Shown here piece by piece: positions 1-9,276 of a stretch of 64,000 nucleotides of DNA. The notes under the pieces are model-generated. The model was not told the DNA's origin. It saw only the letters and a list, made by a program, of their open reading frames with translations, and did not search any database. Positions within the stretch are counted from its first letter, which is position 1. Each line of letters opens with the position of its first letter. The DNA is from a virus, in IMG/VR virus record IMGVR_UViG_3300017605_000342, positions 32,001 to 96,000 of that record; one strand, given 5' to 3'. The position numbers were made by a program, and so were the translations under genes.

Positions 1-2
1 AA

Positions 3-572
3 GCTATCGAGCCACTAGATATTAATCCTCGGTGTTTGTTAGCTACGTTACTGCTTGTGCGGGCCGACGACAAAGACACCATCGTGTGGCTGTGGGGTGA
101 CGGGTTATGCCGCATCTCTTATCAAGGTGGCACAACAGTTACACAAGAAGTGGAGTATGACTCCAACGCTCCGTTTTATCCATACTACAGCACCACTAGA
201 ACAGAGCGTGATTCTTACCTCAGTTCTTTTGATCTTGTCAAACGAGTGCGCCACTCAGATGTTTACCATGATGGCCGGGAGCGCGGTGGAGAAGAAATAC
301 TTAAAGGTCCCGAAGCAATGCTGGTATCAGGCTTGTGTGTTAATACAGCAGACATTAAAGCAGTGACGGTAATGTCAGATGGTATCAAGTCGTTTCAAGA
401 CGTGAATCAGGCTCCTGTGTCACAGCACACGACGATCAACGAAGCAACGATATTCAAAACCACAACCGGACAGTACATTGAACGCAGAATGCACGCCTTC
501 AAGCAACGCCTCTGTGTGGCTAATGGCTGGACACACTACGACGATCTTGGTATCGCGGGAGTAGCGCAATGA
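3..572 (+). CDS. PP2C-type protein phosphatase, 5'-truncated by window edge
   Basis: Frame is open from base 3. PP2C-like motifs ATLL, GDG, VMSDGI and C-terminal HYDDLG; a kinase gene lies just downstream. Confidence 0.7.
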   Translation, partial: AIEPLDINPRCLLATLLLVRADDKDTIVWLWGDGLCRISYQGGTTVTQEVEYDSNAPFYPYYSTTRTERDSYLSSFDLVKRVRHSDVYHDGRERGGEEILKGPEAMLVSGLCVNTADIKAVTVMSDGIKSFQDVNQAPVSQHTTINEATIFKTTTGQYIERRMHAFKQRLCVANGWTHYDDLGIAGVAQ

Positions 573-667
573 AAGACAGAATCTTTTGGTGGTTAGTTGA
601 ATACGCACAGATTATATCTTGGATAGTTTTGATTATCACATTGTTTCTTCTGAGATTTTGTCAATGA
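569..667 (+). CDS. 32-aa single-TM membrane protein (not in ORF track)
   Basis: MKDRIFWWLVEYAQIISWIVLIITLFLLRFCQ; ATGA overlaps with both neighbouring genes. Confidence 0.6.
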   Translation: MKDRIFWWLVEYAQIISWIVLIITLFLLRFCQ

Positions 668-1044
668 ACGCAATACAAGCAGCAAAGAAAACTAAGGCGG
701 CAATAGCAAGACAAAAGAAAGAAGAGCGGCTAAAGGAATTGCAGCAAGAAAGAGAATCCAAGAAACGGGTTGCTACGGCCCTAGCACAGCTTGATTGGTA
801 CATGCGGGAAGTTAATAAGAGAATCAGAGAAGCCATCAATGCGGGTGTACACAAGGCAAACTACGACTTTGGGGATGATGACACTGGTAGAGCACTCATG
901 CACGCGGTACGAAAAAGATTAGAGAAACGAAAGTTCATCGTTCATACAGGATACTACTCTGAAACACACGACTACGGAGATTTTAACGCGCCATGTGTAG
1001 TAGAGGAATCCGGTTTTAATATGACCATTTCGTGGGGTGCGTAA
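664..1044 (+). CDS. hypothetical protein, basic coiled-coil N-terminus
   Basis: ORF track 619..1044; the ATG at 664 overlaps the upstream stop. Confidence 0.6.
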   Translation: MNAIQAAKKTKAAIARQKKEERLKELQQERESKKRVATALAQLDWYMREVNKRIREAINAGVHKANYDFGDDDTGRALMHAVRKRLEKRKFIVHTGYYSETHDYGDFNAPCVVEESGFNMTISWGA

Positions 1045-1046
1045 GA

Positions 1047-2729
1047 ATGAAGAAGACACTCACAATTGCGGGGCACAACGAGGTAATTACCGACAAGAAT
1101 TATCTCGGTGCCGGCGGGGAGGCTGCGGTGTACACCAGCGCCAATGGGCTGTTGGTATACAAGCTTTACCACGACCCGCAAAAGGCGGTAGCAATCCTTA
1201 ACAAGATTGCAGAGTTAAAAGCAATTCAATCAAAGGACGTTCTGATTCCACGCGATGTTATCTACGAAGGCGGCAGCCCCGTAGGATACTCGATGGATTT
1301 TTTAAGTAAGACAGATCCTTTGTGTAAGTTTTTTACCAAAGCTTTTAAGAATTCTCAAAAGATAACTCCAGATCAAATAAAGGAATTGATAACAAACATA
1401 CAAAAGATCGTACCGCACATCCACAAAGCACGGTGCCTAATTGTGGATTTCAATGAGCTAAATGTGCTGGTAGAAGCTGACAGGATTACACCGCACATTA
1501 TAGACACAGATAGTTTTCAAACACCAAACTATCCTGCCACAGCAATCATGCCGTCGATCAGAGATCCTAAAGCAACGAAGTTCACAGAACTGTCTGACTG
1601 GTTTTCGTGGGGCATCCTAGCCTTTCAAGCTTACATTAACATCCACCCGTACAAGGGCAATCATCCAGACTACACGGCAATGGACTGGCCGCGTAGAATG
1701 CAGGATAATGTCAGTGTCTTTGACAAGAAAGTAACCCTGCCTCCGGTATGTAATCCGCTGTCTGTAATTCCAAAAAACCACCTACATTGGTTTGAGGCGG
1801 TATTCCAGAAAGGTGATAGAAGCGTGCCGCCGTTAGCCGACGCAGTGGCTATCCCTGTACCACAGGCAATACAGATCGTAAAGTCCTCTGGTAAGTTTAT
1901 TGTAGCTCCTGTACAACAGTATGACTCTAAGATACGCTTCCATATAACATATGGTGGGGCAAACTGGGTAGCAACCCAGACAGCTATCTACAAGCCGCGC
2001 AACATAGGTGCTACTGTATCAAACACAGGACGTACTCGGTTGGTCCCTACTCATGACGGTGAACTGGTCGTTGTAGAAGTCAGTGGCGATTACATTGCGT
2101 TCAAGGACGCGGCCATGCATGAGTTCGGCCACACTACGTCTAATGGCGGGCGGTGCTTTGTCAAGAACAACGCACTGTATACCACCATTGCAGGCAAGCT
2201 TATCGAAACTACCTTCATTACTATGGGCAAGAAGATCATACCCCGCACTGTAGACCTTGACAATGTTTCAGAAATATCTTCCAGAATGTGTGAAGGTATT
2301 ATTGTACAGGATCTATTGGGTGAGATTTTTATAACAGTACCATATGTTGTGGGTCGTAGCAAGACCACCAAGCTACCGGAAGTTAAAGGCTACAGGGTCT
2401 TGGAGGCCCGCTCAGAAAGAAACGTTGTTGTTCTTGTTACAGAGAAGGGTGGCGAGTACTGGAGATTTGTTTTAACCTTCGACAACACGTGGGGCGCACA
2501 TACTTTCCGCTTGACAAAAATGCAGCAGTATGGTAGCATTAATATGACGGTGAAACCAAATGGCGTTGGTATCCTTGTCTCTGACCTTGACGAGATCGAA
2601 GTCTTCAAGGAAGACAAGGTTGTGGTTTATAAGAACCCGCCCTTTGATGAATCCATGTGGCTCTTTAATGTCAATGACAATGTTTGTTTTATCTCAGGTA
2701 ATCAAATCTACCAAGTTAAAATAACATGA
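1047..2729 (+). CDS. Ser/Thr protein kinase (YegI/TerY-P-like) with C-terminal beta-rich domain
   Basis: LGAGGEAAVY glycine loop, VYKLY, catalytic IVDFNELNVLV, IIDTDSFQ and SDWFSWGILAFQ. Confidence 0.85.
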   Translation: MKKTLTIAGHNEVITDKNYLGAGGEAAVYTSANGLLVYKLYHDPQKAVAILNKIAELKAIQSKDVLIPRDVIYEGGSPVGYSMDFLSKTDPLCKFFTKAFKNSQKITPDQIKELITNIQKIVPHIHKARCLIVDFNELNVLVEADRITPHIIDTDSFQTPNYPATAIMPSIRDPKATKFTELSDWFSWGILAFQAYINIHPYKGNHPDYTAMDWPRRMQDNVSVFDKKVTLPPVCNPLSVIPKNHLHWFEAVFQKGDRSVPPLADAVAIPVPQAIQIVKSSGKFIVAPVQQYDSKIRFHITYGGANWVATQTAIYKPRNIGATVSNTGRTRLVPTHDGELVVVEVSGDYIAFKDAAMHEFGHTTSNGGRCFVKNNALYTTIAGKLIETTFITMGKKIIPRTVDLDNVSEISSRMCEGIIVQDLLGEIFITVPYVVGRSKTTKLPEVKGYRVLEARSERNVVVLVTEKGGEYWRFVLTFDNTWGAHTFRLTKMQQYGSINMTVKPNGVGILVSDLDEIEVFKEDKVVVYKNPPFDESMWLFNVNDNVCFISGNQIYQVKIT

Positions 2730-3025
2730 CCGATAATCAGACACCAGGTAACATCGTAAAGATAACATCTAACAACGTCATTTACTTTACTTGTATTGAT
2801 TGTCACGCGCTTAATAGGACGACGTTTTACCCAGCAGTATTAAAACCGTGTAAGAAGTGTAAACTGAGTAAAGAAACTGTAGTAGTTAAAAACAAAGTTG
2901 CATACTATCAATATCGATGTTCTTACTGTGGTGTGGCTTTCTGTAGTGAACAGCTTAAACGATCCTACTGCTCTAAGCAGTGTTACGCATTTGACAACAG
3001 GAGGAAAATTGATAACATACAATGA
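2726..3025 (+). CDS. zinc-finger protein
   Basis: Multiple CxxC pairs and YCSKQC. Confidence 0.55.
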   Translation: MTDNQTPGNIVKITSNNVIYFTCIDCHALNRTTFYPAVLKPCKKCKLSKETVVVKNKVAYYQYRCSYCGVAFCSEQLKRSYCSKQCYAFDNRRKIDNIQ

Positions 3026-3275
3026 CAACATCATAGGCACTTGCAGCATTTGCAGTGGACCTGTCACTGTACCTACTGTGTATTGGTCTACAACTCCACC
3101 AGTGCCACAATGTCAGCGTTGTGGTGCTTATGCTCAAGAGTCCTATGGAAAAGTAATACCCATGCGGCCAGCAGGTAAACGCTATCGCCCGGAAGATATA
3201 TTTGGGCCAAGAGATTCCGGCTTCAACGATAATGTGTTTGATGATGGTCACAAGGTTGATATAAAGTGGGGCTAA
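2991..3275 (+). CDS. zinc-ribbon hypothetical protein (start uncertain)
   Basis: CSIC...CQRC within ORF 2898..3275. Confidence 0.45.
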   Translation: MTTGGKLITYNDNIIGTCSICSGPVTVPTVYWSTTPPVPQCQRCGAYAQESYGKVIPMRPAGKRYRPEDIFGPRDSGFNDNVFDDGHKVDIKWG

Positions 3276-3279
3276 AACA

Positions 3280-3624
3280 ATGCGAGTCCGTTGGGCAACC
3301 AAGCAGAAAAAGACCCGCAAAGATTTAATGAGACATGCAAAACGTAGAGCCGCATCCCGGTATGATTCCTCGTTTACGAACAATGATATTAACACGATAT
3401 CAACTAGGATTCAACAGGGGTTAGCACTGTACTCGGAACGGATATCTAACACAAGATCGTTACATATCATACAGTACAATGATAAGTACATTCGGGTGGT
3501 GTACGATAAGATGAAAAAAGCACCCGCAACATTTTTACCTATATACGATAAAAGAGATTTACCACATGAACCAAGAAACAGCGTTAACCAAAGTACCACA
3601 GCAATTGCCGACAACGGGAATTGA
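3280..3624 (+). CDS. hypothetical protein, possible RelE/BECR-fold RNase-like
   Basis: HAKRRA-x2-RY helix followed by beta strands ending RVVYD...ATFLP. Confidence 0.4.
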   Translation: MRVRWATKQKKTRKDLMRHAKRRAASRYDSSFTNNDINTISTRIQQGLALYSERISNTRSLHIIQYNDKYIRVVYDKMKKAPATFLPIYDKRDLPHEPRNSVNQSTTAIADNGN

Positions 3625-4375
3625 AGACTACGCAACAAAGCCTACAGTAATTCAGCTTATCCAGTCTAACCATTTGAACACCTATCCTGACGCAGTTGTG
3701 GGTGCCTTCAGAGACGTGGCTGGCCAACGTAATTTCGTTGACGAAAAGAACAAACCACGACCTATCAGTATTGTACCACTGGCAGGTTTGAAGCAGCGCG
3801 TGTTGTTCCCATCACAAGAATTGGGAGTACCACCGCTATGTAGATCACTTGATGGGGAATATCCCATCATTGGAAAATTGGCCGAGAACTTTGGGTTAGT
3901 ACCGCAGCACACAGACTGCAAGACTTGCCCTAAGAATGACTGGTCAGAATACAACGATAACAAGTCTCCTAAATATCAAGTTGTTCCTCCATGCCGCGAA
4001 CGTCCACGGTTATTGTTCGTTGACTTGGAAGATGAAATGCCATACATTATTACGTTCACGTCTAAATCAATCTCTCCGTTTAGAAAATTGATGCAGACGA
4101 TTCAACGTAACATTACGTCAGAAGCAAACAAAAATAAAAGAAATCCTAATTACACTGCGTATAACCTGTACGACTATGTGATTAGCATGTCGTCACAACC
4201 CTCGGTAAATGCAAAAGGGAAGTTTCATGTTGTGTACTTCGAAGCCCCCGAACGTGTTGCTGAACCAGGTAAGTATTACGAGTTCTTTGAAAAGTATGTC
4301 ATAAAACCTCAGTCTAAATACGGACACAACTTCGTACCACAAGACGCGGGAGTCGAAGGCAAGGGAAATGAGTAA
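3566..4375 (+). CDS. conserved phage protein, putative Zn-binding ssDNA-binding/annealing protein
   Basis: CRSLDG...CKTCP..DW...PPC pattern; lies in the replication block. Function is inferred. Confidence 0.4.
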   Translation: MNQETALTKVPQQLPTTGIEDYATKPTVIQLIQSNHLNTYPDAVVGAFRDVAGQRNFVDEKNKPRPISIVPLAGLKQRVLFPSQELGVPPLCRSLDGEYPIIGKLAENFGLVPQHTDCKTCPKNDWSEYNDNKSPKYQVVPPCRERPRLLFVDLEDEMPYIITFTSKSISPFRKLMQTIQRNITSEANKNKRNPNYTAYNLYDYVISMSSQPSVNAKGKFHVVYFEAPERVAEPGKYYEFFEKYVIKPQSKYGHNFVPQDAGVEGKGNE

Positions 4376-4979
4376 CGAGCTAATTGTATATGGTAGTGTA
4401 ACAGCAGACCGACCTGCCCAAGTCCTTGAACGGATTGGGCAGGTTAAGAAAAAGTTTGTTGAGTACTTCTTGGAGCTATGCTTTCTACTTGGAGAAATAG
4501 TAGAGAACAAATACTATGAAGTATGGAAGTTCAACAGCTTTAAAGAGTATGTAGAAAACAGTGGGTTAGACATTCAGGTAGGAGCAGCATACCGGATGGT
4601 TAAGCTCTACGAAGGCGCAAAGAAACTAGGACTCACACATGAGCAACTAGCCGTCGCCAAACCCACGAAGCTGCTGGAAATTTTTTCTCTAGACCCTGTA
4701 CAGAATGAGCAAGCCATTCGAGGTCTGCTCGAAGAAGGCGATACGAACTCTGTTGAAGATGTTCGTAACAAAGTCAAAGCAGAGAAAGGGTTGTCGGAAG
4801 ATGTTTTCCTGAAGTTCAAAGTAGAAAAAGAAGTTCACGAAGATATCATCCTACCCGCACTGGAACGTTGCCGACAAATACACGGATCTGACAGGGACAA
4901 ACATGGAGAAGTCTACGACATATCAGATTCAAAATGTTTGATGCTGATATGCATGGACTTTTTGGGGTCATCTGAATGA
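4368..4979 (+). CDS. DUF3102-like helical DNA-binding protein
   Basis: YYEVWKFNSFKEYVE...AAYRMVKLYE pattern. Confidence 0.45.
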   Translation: MSNELIVYGSVTADRPAQVLERIGQVKKKFVEYFLELCFLLGEIVENKYYEVWKFNSFKEYVENSGLDIQVGAAYRMVKLYEGAKKLGLTHEQLAVAKPTKLLEIFSLDPVQNEQAIRGLLEEGDTNSVEDVRNKVKAEKGLSEDVFLKFKVEKEVHEDIILPALERCRQIHGSDRDKHGEVYDISDSKCLMLICMDFLGSSE

Positions 4980-5203
4980 TAGAAGCAGAAGTTGAACTGA
5001 TCAGAGAATCAAAAAGATTTTGGTCTTTCAGAATCAGGTATCCATCTAAGGATGCCAACAGAACTTGTTTACACTTCGGGCCTATCCGCTATACGAAGCG
5101 AAAGGCCACCAGAGAAGCAGCAATAGAATTTCTAGTTTACCTGTTTCCGAAAGACGAAATTCATATTACGGTTACGGAACTCAAAGTCATTAAGCACCAA
5201 TAG
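4976..5203 (+). CDS. hypothetical protein
   Basis: ATGA-coupled ORF; its stop codon lies inside tRNA-Thr. Confidence 0.55.
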   Translation: MIEAEVELIRESKRFWSFRIRYPSKDANRTCLHFGPIRYTKRKATREAAIEFLVYLFPKDEIHITVTELKVIKHQ

Positions 5204-5268
5204 CTCAACTGGCAGAGCGGCGGATTTGTAACCCGCTGACCGGGGTTCAAGTCCTCGTTGGTGCTCCA
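5194..5268 (+). tRNA. trnT: tRNA-Thr(UGU)
   Basis: GCACCAA/TTGGTGC acceptor, GCTC/GAGC D stem, loop TT-TGT-AA, TTCAAGT T loop, encoded CCA. Confidence 0.92.
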
Positions 5269-5275
5269 CTCAACC

Positions 5276-5452
5276 ATGACACCTGAAGAAAGACTACTTC
5301 AAACTATAACAAAGTTACAGTCACAGGTTTACGAAGACCAAGAAGAGATTAAGCAACTCTGTATAACAGCTATAAAAGAATATGGTAGTATGAAAAATAG
5401 TGAAGGCCACATGGAGGCCCATCTGCCGGATGGCATGTGGCACATGGACTAG
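5276..5452 (+). CDS. hypothetical protein
   Basis: ATG 7 nt after the tRNA CCA. Confidence 0.55.
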   Translation: MTPEERLLQTITKLQSQVYEDQEEIKQLCITAIKEYGSMKNSEGHMEAHLPDGMWHMD

Positions 5453-5503
5453 GGAGATGCTAAAATACAACCTGTAAAGCTATCTAAAGAACAATACCGA
5501 AAG

Positions 5504-5758
5504 TTGGCTTTAAGGATTATACTGCGAGACGGCAGTAAGTGCCGCAAGTGTGGCATACGTCAAGGATTAACTGTTCATCATATCATCAAGCGTAGCAAAC
5601 TGCGCTTGGACGTTGCTTGGAACTTGATCACGTTGTGTCAGTTTCCATGCCACGCTGCTGTTGAAGATCACACACTCGTCATAGAACAGGACAACCACCT
5701 GAAATTCGAGGATGAAATCGACGCCAATAACCACGTAAGTTTCGTGAGGATTCCATGA
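5504..5758 (+). CDS. HNH endonuclease (true start may be upstream)
   Basis: RDGSKCRKCG...VHHII...NLITLC..CH. Confidence 0.8.
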   Translation: MALRIILRDGSKCRKCGIRQGLTVHHIIKRSKLRLDVAWNLITLCQFPCHAAVEDHTLVIEQDNHLKFEDEIDANNHVSFVRIP

Positions 5759-5964
5759 AACCGCAATGTATGGGGTGCAAGCGTTTCCCCGATCAGATTT
5801 CTGAATACACAGACATGGTACTAGCGGGCGAAGCTGCCACTGCCGATGAATATGTTATGCAAGAGGAAGGTACGTACAACAAAGCCAACGGTCATTTCTT
5901 ATGCACGGCATGTTACGTTAAGGCAGGAATGCCATCCTCACCTAGAGGGTGGGTTTGTCCGTGA
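5755..5964 (+). CDS. small zinc-binding hypothetical protein
   Basis: CMGC...CTAC; ATGA coupling. Confidence 0.55.
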   Translation: MKPQCMGCKRFPDQISEYTDMVLAGEAATADEYVMQEEGTYNKANGHFLCTACYVKAGMPSSPRGWVCP

Positions 5965-6194
5965 TAAAGTTAACTGGACAGGACGCAAGTTTTTTGTCGC
6001 ACATTGCGGAGATAATGGTTTCTACCAAACTAACTTCCCGCAAACAAACTAAATACGCAAAGACATTTATGTCTTTGATAGTAGAAGAAGAAGCAAAACT
6101 AATTGCAGCCGCCATAATAAAACCAACCAAAAAGATGTTACCTAGACATCTTGATACGGCGGAAAAAATACTACACTGGGCAAAAACTAATTAA
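5961..6194 (+). CDS. hypothetical protein
   Basis: GTGA/TAATG coupling to its neighbours. Confidence 0.5.
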   Translation: MIKLTGQDASFLSHIAEIMVSTKLTSRKQTKYAKTFMSLIVEEEAKLIAAAIIKPTKKMLPRHLDTAEKILHWAKTN

Positions 6195-8026
6195 TGGAAC
6201 TTACAAGAGCAGAGCAGTATGTAATTCTAAAAGGCTGGGAGTACAAGCTCAACGGGGATGAAATTGAAATAACCAAATGTCCCTTCTGCGGTAAAGAAAA
6301 TCACTTCTCTTTAAATACAGAAACAGAGAAGTCAAATTGTTTTAGGTGTGGTAAGGGTAGTAAAACTCTAGCATCTTTAAAAAAGAAACTTGGAGATAAA
6401 ATTGATGGGGTGTTTGACACCAAGGGGCGTATCAGTCCTACAGTCATAGACCCTATAGACCCAAAAGAAATCGAAGCAAATCACCAAGCCCTGATGGAAG
6501 ACGACGATGCCATTGATTGGTTAGTGTCTACACGCGGCTTTACACTGAAAGTGATTGAGGCAAAGAAACTAGGCTTAACCGAAAAGTTCTTCAGAAAGTT
6601 AGGACGCAAGGCACGAGCATTAGCAATGCCGTATTACAGAAACGGTAAGCCAATCTTCATTAAGTACCGCACGCTGCCTCCAGACGAGAAAGACTTTGTG
6701 TCAACGACAATCGATGACTTGCCGTTGTACAACGAAGATGCATTGCTGCAAGGCCACACAGAAGCCTTTGCAGTCGAGGGAGAATCTGATACACTGGCCA
6801 TGCTGTCGGCTGGCCTACCTAATGTGGTGGGCATACCGGGCGCTGGTACCAAGAAGACAGAATGGGTTACGCAGATAGACGAGGCTAATCTGTCCAAGAT
6901 CTATCTATGTTATGACAACGACGAAGCAGGGCAAACAAACGTTGTCAAGATGGCAGAAAAGATCGGGCTTGACAAATGCTACCTTATTAAACTGCCAGAG
7001 TTTGAAACAGTCTTTGGGGAACCGGGCAAAGATCTTAACGACTTCTTAAGATTACCGGACGGACTTGAGAGATTTCAGAAGCTTAAGGAAAGAGCTAGAC
7101 TTGTCCAAATACCCGGAGTCATGCCTGTTGCTGACATCCTGATGGATCAGCAAGACAAGCTAGAACGTGGCGATGATGCTATCCCTGAGTTCGATACACC
7201 GTGGTCTGATCTTACTGCCATTACTGGTCGGTTTGATCGCGGCGACGTGATCGGCATTACGGCCCAAGCTAAGCAGGGCAAAACCACGGTAGCTATTAAC
7301 TGGCTAGACTACTACGCCAGAATAAAGAAGTATTCTGTGTTTATGTATTGCTTAGAAATGTCTCAAGAAAGATTAGTTAAGAAGTGGATGTCTTATTTGC
7401 TAGAGAAACCAGATATTGTCAGCACACTTGTAGATGATGGTGGGGTTTTGAAGGAAGTTCAAAAAACCAACTTTACAATCGACGATTACAAACGTATGCG
7501 GGAAATGGTAGCTCAGATGGAATCTGACTACTTGTTTGGATTTACGCGATTCAAAACTTCACAAGATATTTTCGAAACGATATATCAAACGAAGCGTAGG
7601 TACGGTATAGACGTTGTTTGCTTTGACAACCTACATTTGCTAGCCCGCGAAGTAGAACATCGGGCATCTGAGTTAGACAACTTGTCAAAGCAGTTCAAAC
7701 AAATAACGATGGAACTAAAGATATTAGACATCTTGCTGATGCAGCCAACAAAGCCACCTAAAGGCGGAAACCTTACATCGTTCGCCGATGCACGTGGTTC
7801 TGTTGCAATGACACAAGACGTTGACTGTGGTATCTCGTTGTCCCGACCTCCTAAGCAACAAGTAACTGCTAGAGATTTGAGATCTGGTGGCCGCATAGAA
7901 TTCGTGGATGCATTTGAACCACGCGTTGTGGCAATGGTTGAATTCGCTAGGAACGCACCTGGTGGTGCTTGCACCTTAAACTTTGAAGGTGCAATTTCCA
8001 AAGTAAGTGCGTTAGAAAGGGTTTAG
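6194..8026 (+). CDS. bifunctional DNA primase-helicase (T7 gp4/Twinkle-like)
   Basis: N-terminal CPFC..CFRC Zn finger, TOPRIM VEGESD and YDND, GKDLND, Walker A AQAKQGKT, DnaB-like LEMS and FDNLH. Confidence 0.92.
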   Translation: MELTRAEQYVILKGWEYKLNGDEIEITKCPFCGKENHFSLNTETEKSNCFRCGKGSKTLASLKKKLGDKIDGVFDTKGRISPTVIDPIDPKEIEANHQALMEDDDAIDWLVSTRGFTLKVIEAKKLGLTEKFFRKLGRKARALAMPYYRNGKPIFIKYRTLPPDEKDFVSTTIDDLPLYNEDALLQGHTEAFAVEGESDTLAMLSAGLPNVVGIPGAGTKKTEWVTQIDEANLSKIYLCYDNDEAGQTNVVKMAEKIGLDKCYLIKLPEFETVFGEPGKDLNDFLRLPDGLERFQKLKERARLVQIPGVMPVADILMDQQDKLERGDDAIPEFDTPWSDLTAITGRFDRGDVIGITAQAKQGKTTVAINWLDYYARIKKYSVFMYCLEMSQERLVKKWMSYLLEKPDIVSTLVDDGGVLKEVQKTNFTIDDYKRMREMVAQMESDYLFGFTRFKTSQDIFETIYQTKRRYGIDVVCFDNLHLLAREVEHRASELDNLSKQFKQITMELKILDILLMQPTKPPKGGNLTSFADARGSVAMTQDVDCGISLSRPPKQQVTARDLRSGGRIEFVDAFEPRVVAMVEFARNAPGGACTLNFEGAISKVSALERV

Positions 8027-8271
8027 TGCGCTGTTCTCATTGCAAGTCTCACGAAGTAAAGAAGGCACATATACTGTGCCGTCACTGTATAGATATTCTG
8101 TCAGTAGAAGTTAAACAACTACACCACACAGTAATTGAAGATGGGTCAGTGTGTGTAGCATGTAAGAAAAATCTTATAGTTGGTGGCGAATTCTTTATTA
8201 AACAAGGAAAGTGCTTTTGTAATGTGCACTGTGCTTCTAGATACTCTTGGAGAGAGCTTACCCTACCATGA
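8026..8271 (+). CDS. Cys-rich zinc-finger protein
   Basis: Four CxxC-type pairs. Confidence 0.55.
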   Translation: MRCSHCKSHEVKKAHILCRHCIDILSVEVKQLHHTVIEDGSVCVACKKNLIVGGEFFIKQGKCFCNVHCASRYSWRELTLP

Positions 8272-8495
8272 AAGTCTACATACTCTGGGAACAAACATTC
8301 TACGAAGAGTGGGCAGTACGAGCAGTAACAGCTAGCAAAGAAAGAGCAGAAAGTTGGTGTATACCACAACGAAGATACTATGATACACATGAAATTCAGG
8401 ATTGGCCGAGTGGCGTAACGGTAGCCGCAGCAGGCTCAAACCCTGCCGCCTTCGGGCGTGAAGGTTCAACTCCTTCCTCGGCCACCAAACCATGA
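8268..8495 (+). CDS. hypothetical protein whose 3' part runs through tRNA-Leu
   Basis: MKVYILWEQ... start; ATGA overlaps at both ends. Confidence 0.5.
   Translation: MKVYILWEQTFYEEWAVRAVTASKERAESWCIPQRRYYDTHEIQDWPSGVTVAAAGSNPAAFGREGSTPSSATKP
8404..8487 (+). tRNA. trnL: tRNA-Leu(CAA)
   Basis: GGCCGAG/CTCGGCC acceptor, GCAGG-CTCAAAC-CCTGC anticodon arm, long variable arm CGCC-TTCG-GGCG, CCA. Confidence 0.93.
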
Positions 8496-9082
8496 CATTC
8501 ATACAACAATTCCCCAATGCAAAGATAAATACACTACGCTATCTTACGGTGCATGATCCGTATGACCAGACACCAAACTGGTCTAGGCGCTATGAATGGA
8601 ACTACGCCATTAACGCCGTCATGTCCGAGTCTCCGTCTCCATTCTCTGTATTAAATGCGGCGTGTGGGTTTGCTGGCATACACGCAACGTTCTCTATGCG
8701 CCTAGAACCCCTGTGTGGCAGGGTATTTAACTGCGATATGCAGACACCGGACTTCGAAGATAACTTTAAGAACTTCTTTAAGCACGACATTTTCCAACCA
8801 TTCCCACAAATGTATGATGTCACATTATGCATTTCAACCTTAGAGGACTTCTTAGATCCTGTGCTGATTGAGCGGGCTTTATGCAACCTAGCGCAGTACA
8901 CAAGACGTAGGTTAATTATAACAGCAGACATATACGATAGAGTAAAGCCTGAATGGTTTACCCACATGGTCGGTCGTGACTCGGCACTCAACGACAACCA
9001 CGCACTGACGGGTGCTAACTCAAGCTATGCACAGCACGAGTTTGCACACCTTAAAATACTTGTACTGGACATATCGCTATGA
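8492..9082 (+). CDS. class I SAM-dependent methyltransferase
   Basis: VLNAACGFAG motif I; YDVTLCISTLED. Confidence 0.65.
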   Translation: MTFIQQFPNAKINTLRYLTVHDPYDQTPNWSRRYEWNYAINAVMSESPSPFSVLNAACGFAGIHATFSMRLEPLCGRVFNCDMQTPDFEDNFKNFFKHDIFQPFPQMYDVTLCISTLEDFLDPVLIERALCNLAQYTRRRLIITADIYDRVKPEWFTHMVGRDSALNDNHALTGANSSYAQHEFAHLKILVLDISL

Positions 9083-9276
9083 ATCCAAACAAAGAAGTAT
9101 TTAAGTACACAATGAACGGTAGAAGTCAGTGCACCCTCACACTATATGAATACCTTATAGTCGAGGTTGTTAAGTCTTTATCCAGAAAGAAAACTGTGTA
9201 CTCAACTACGGAAGCAGCTACCAATGCTGTAGCCATCGTAGATAAGATATTTGAGTTAACAAAACACAAATGCTAA
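9079..9276 (+). CDS. hypothetical protein
   Basis: Translationally coupled ORF. Confidence 0.5.
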   Translation: MNPNKEVFKYTMNGRSQCTLTLYEYLIVEVVKSLSRKKTVYSTTEAATNAVAIVDKIFELTKHKC

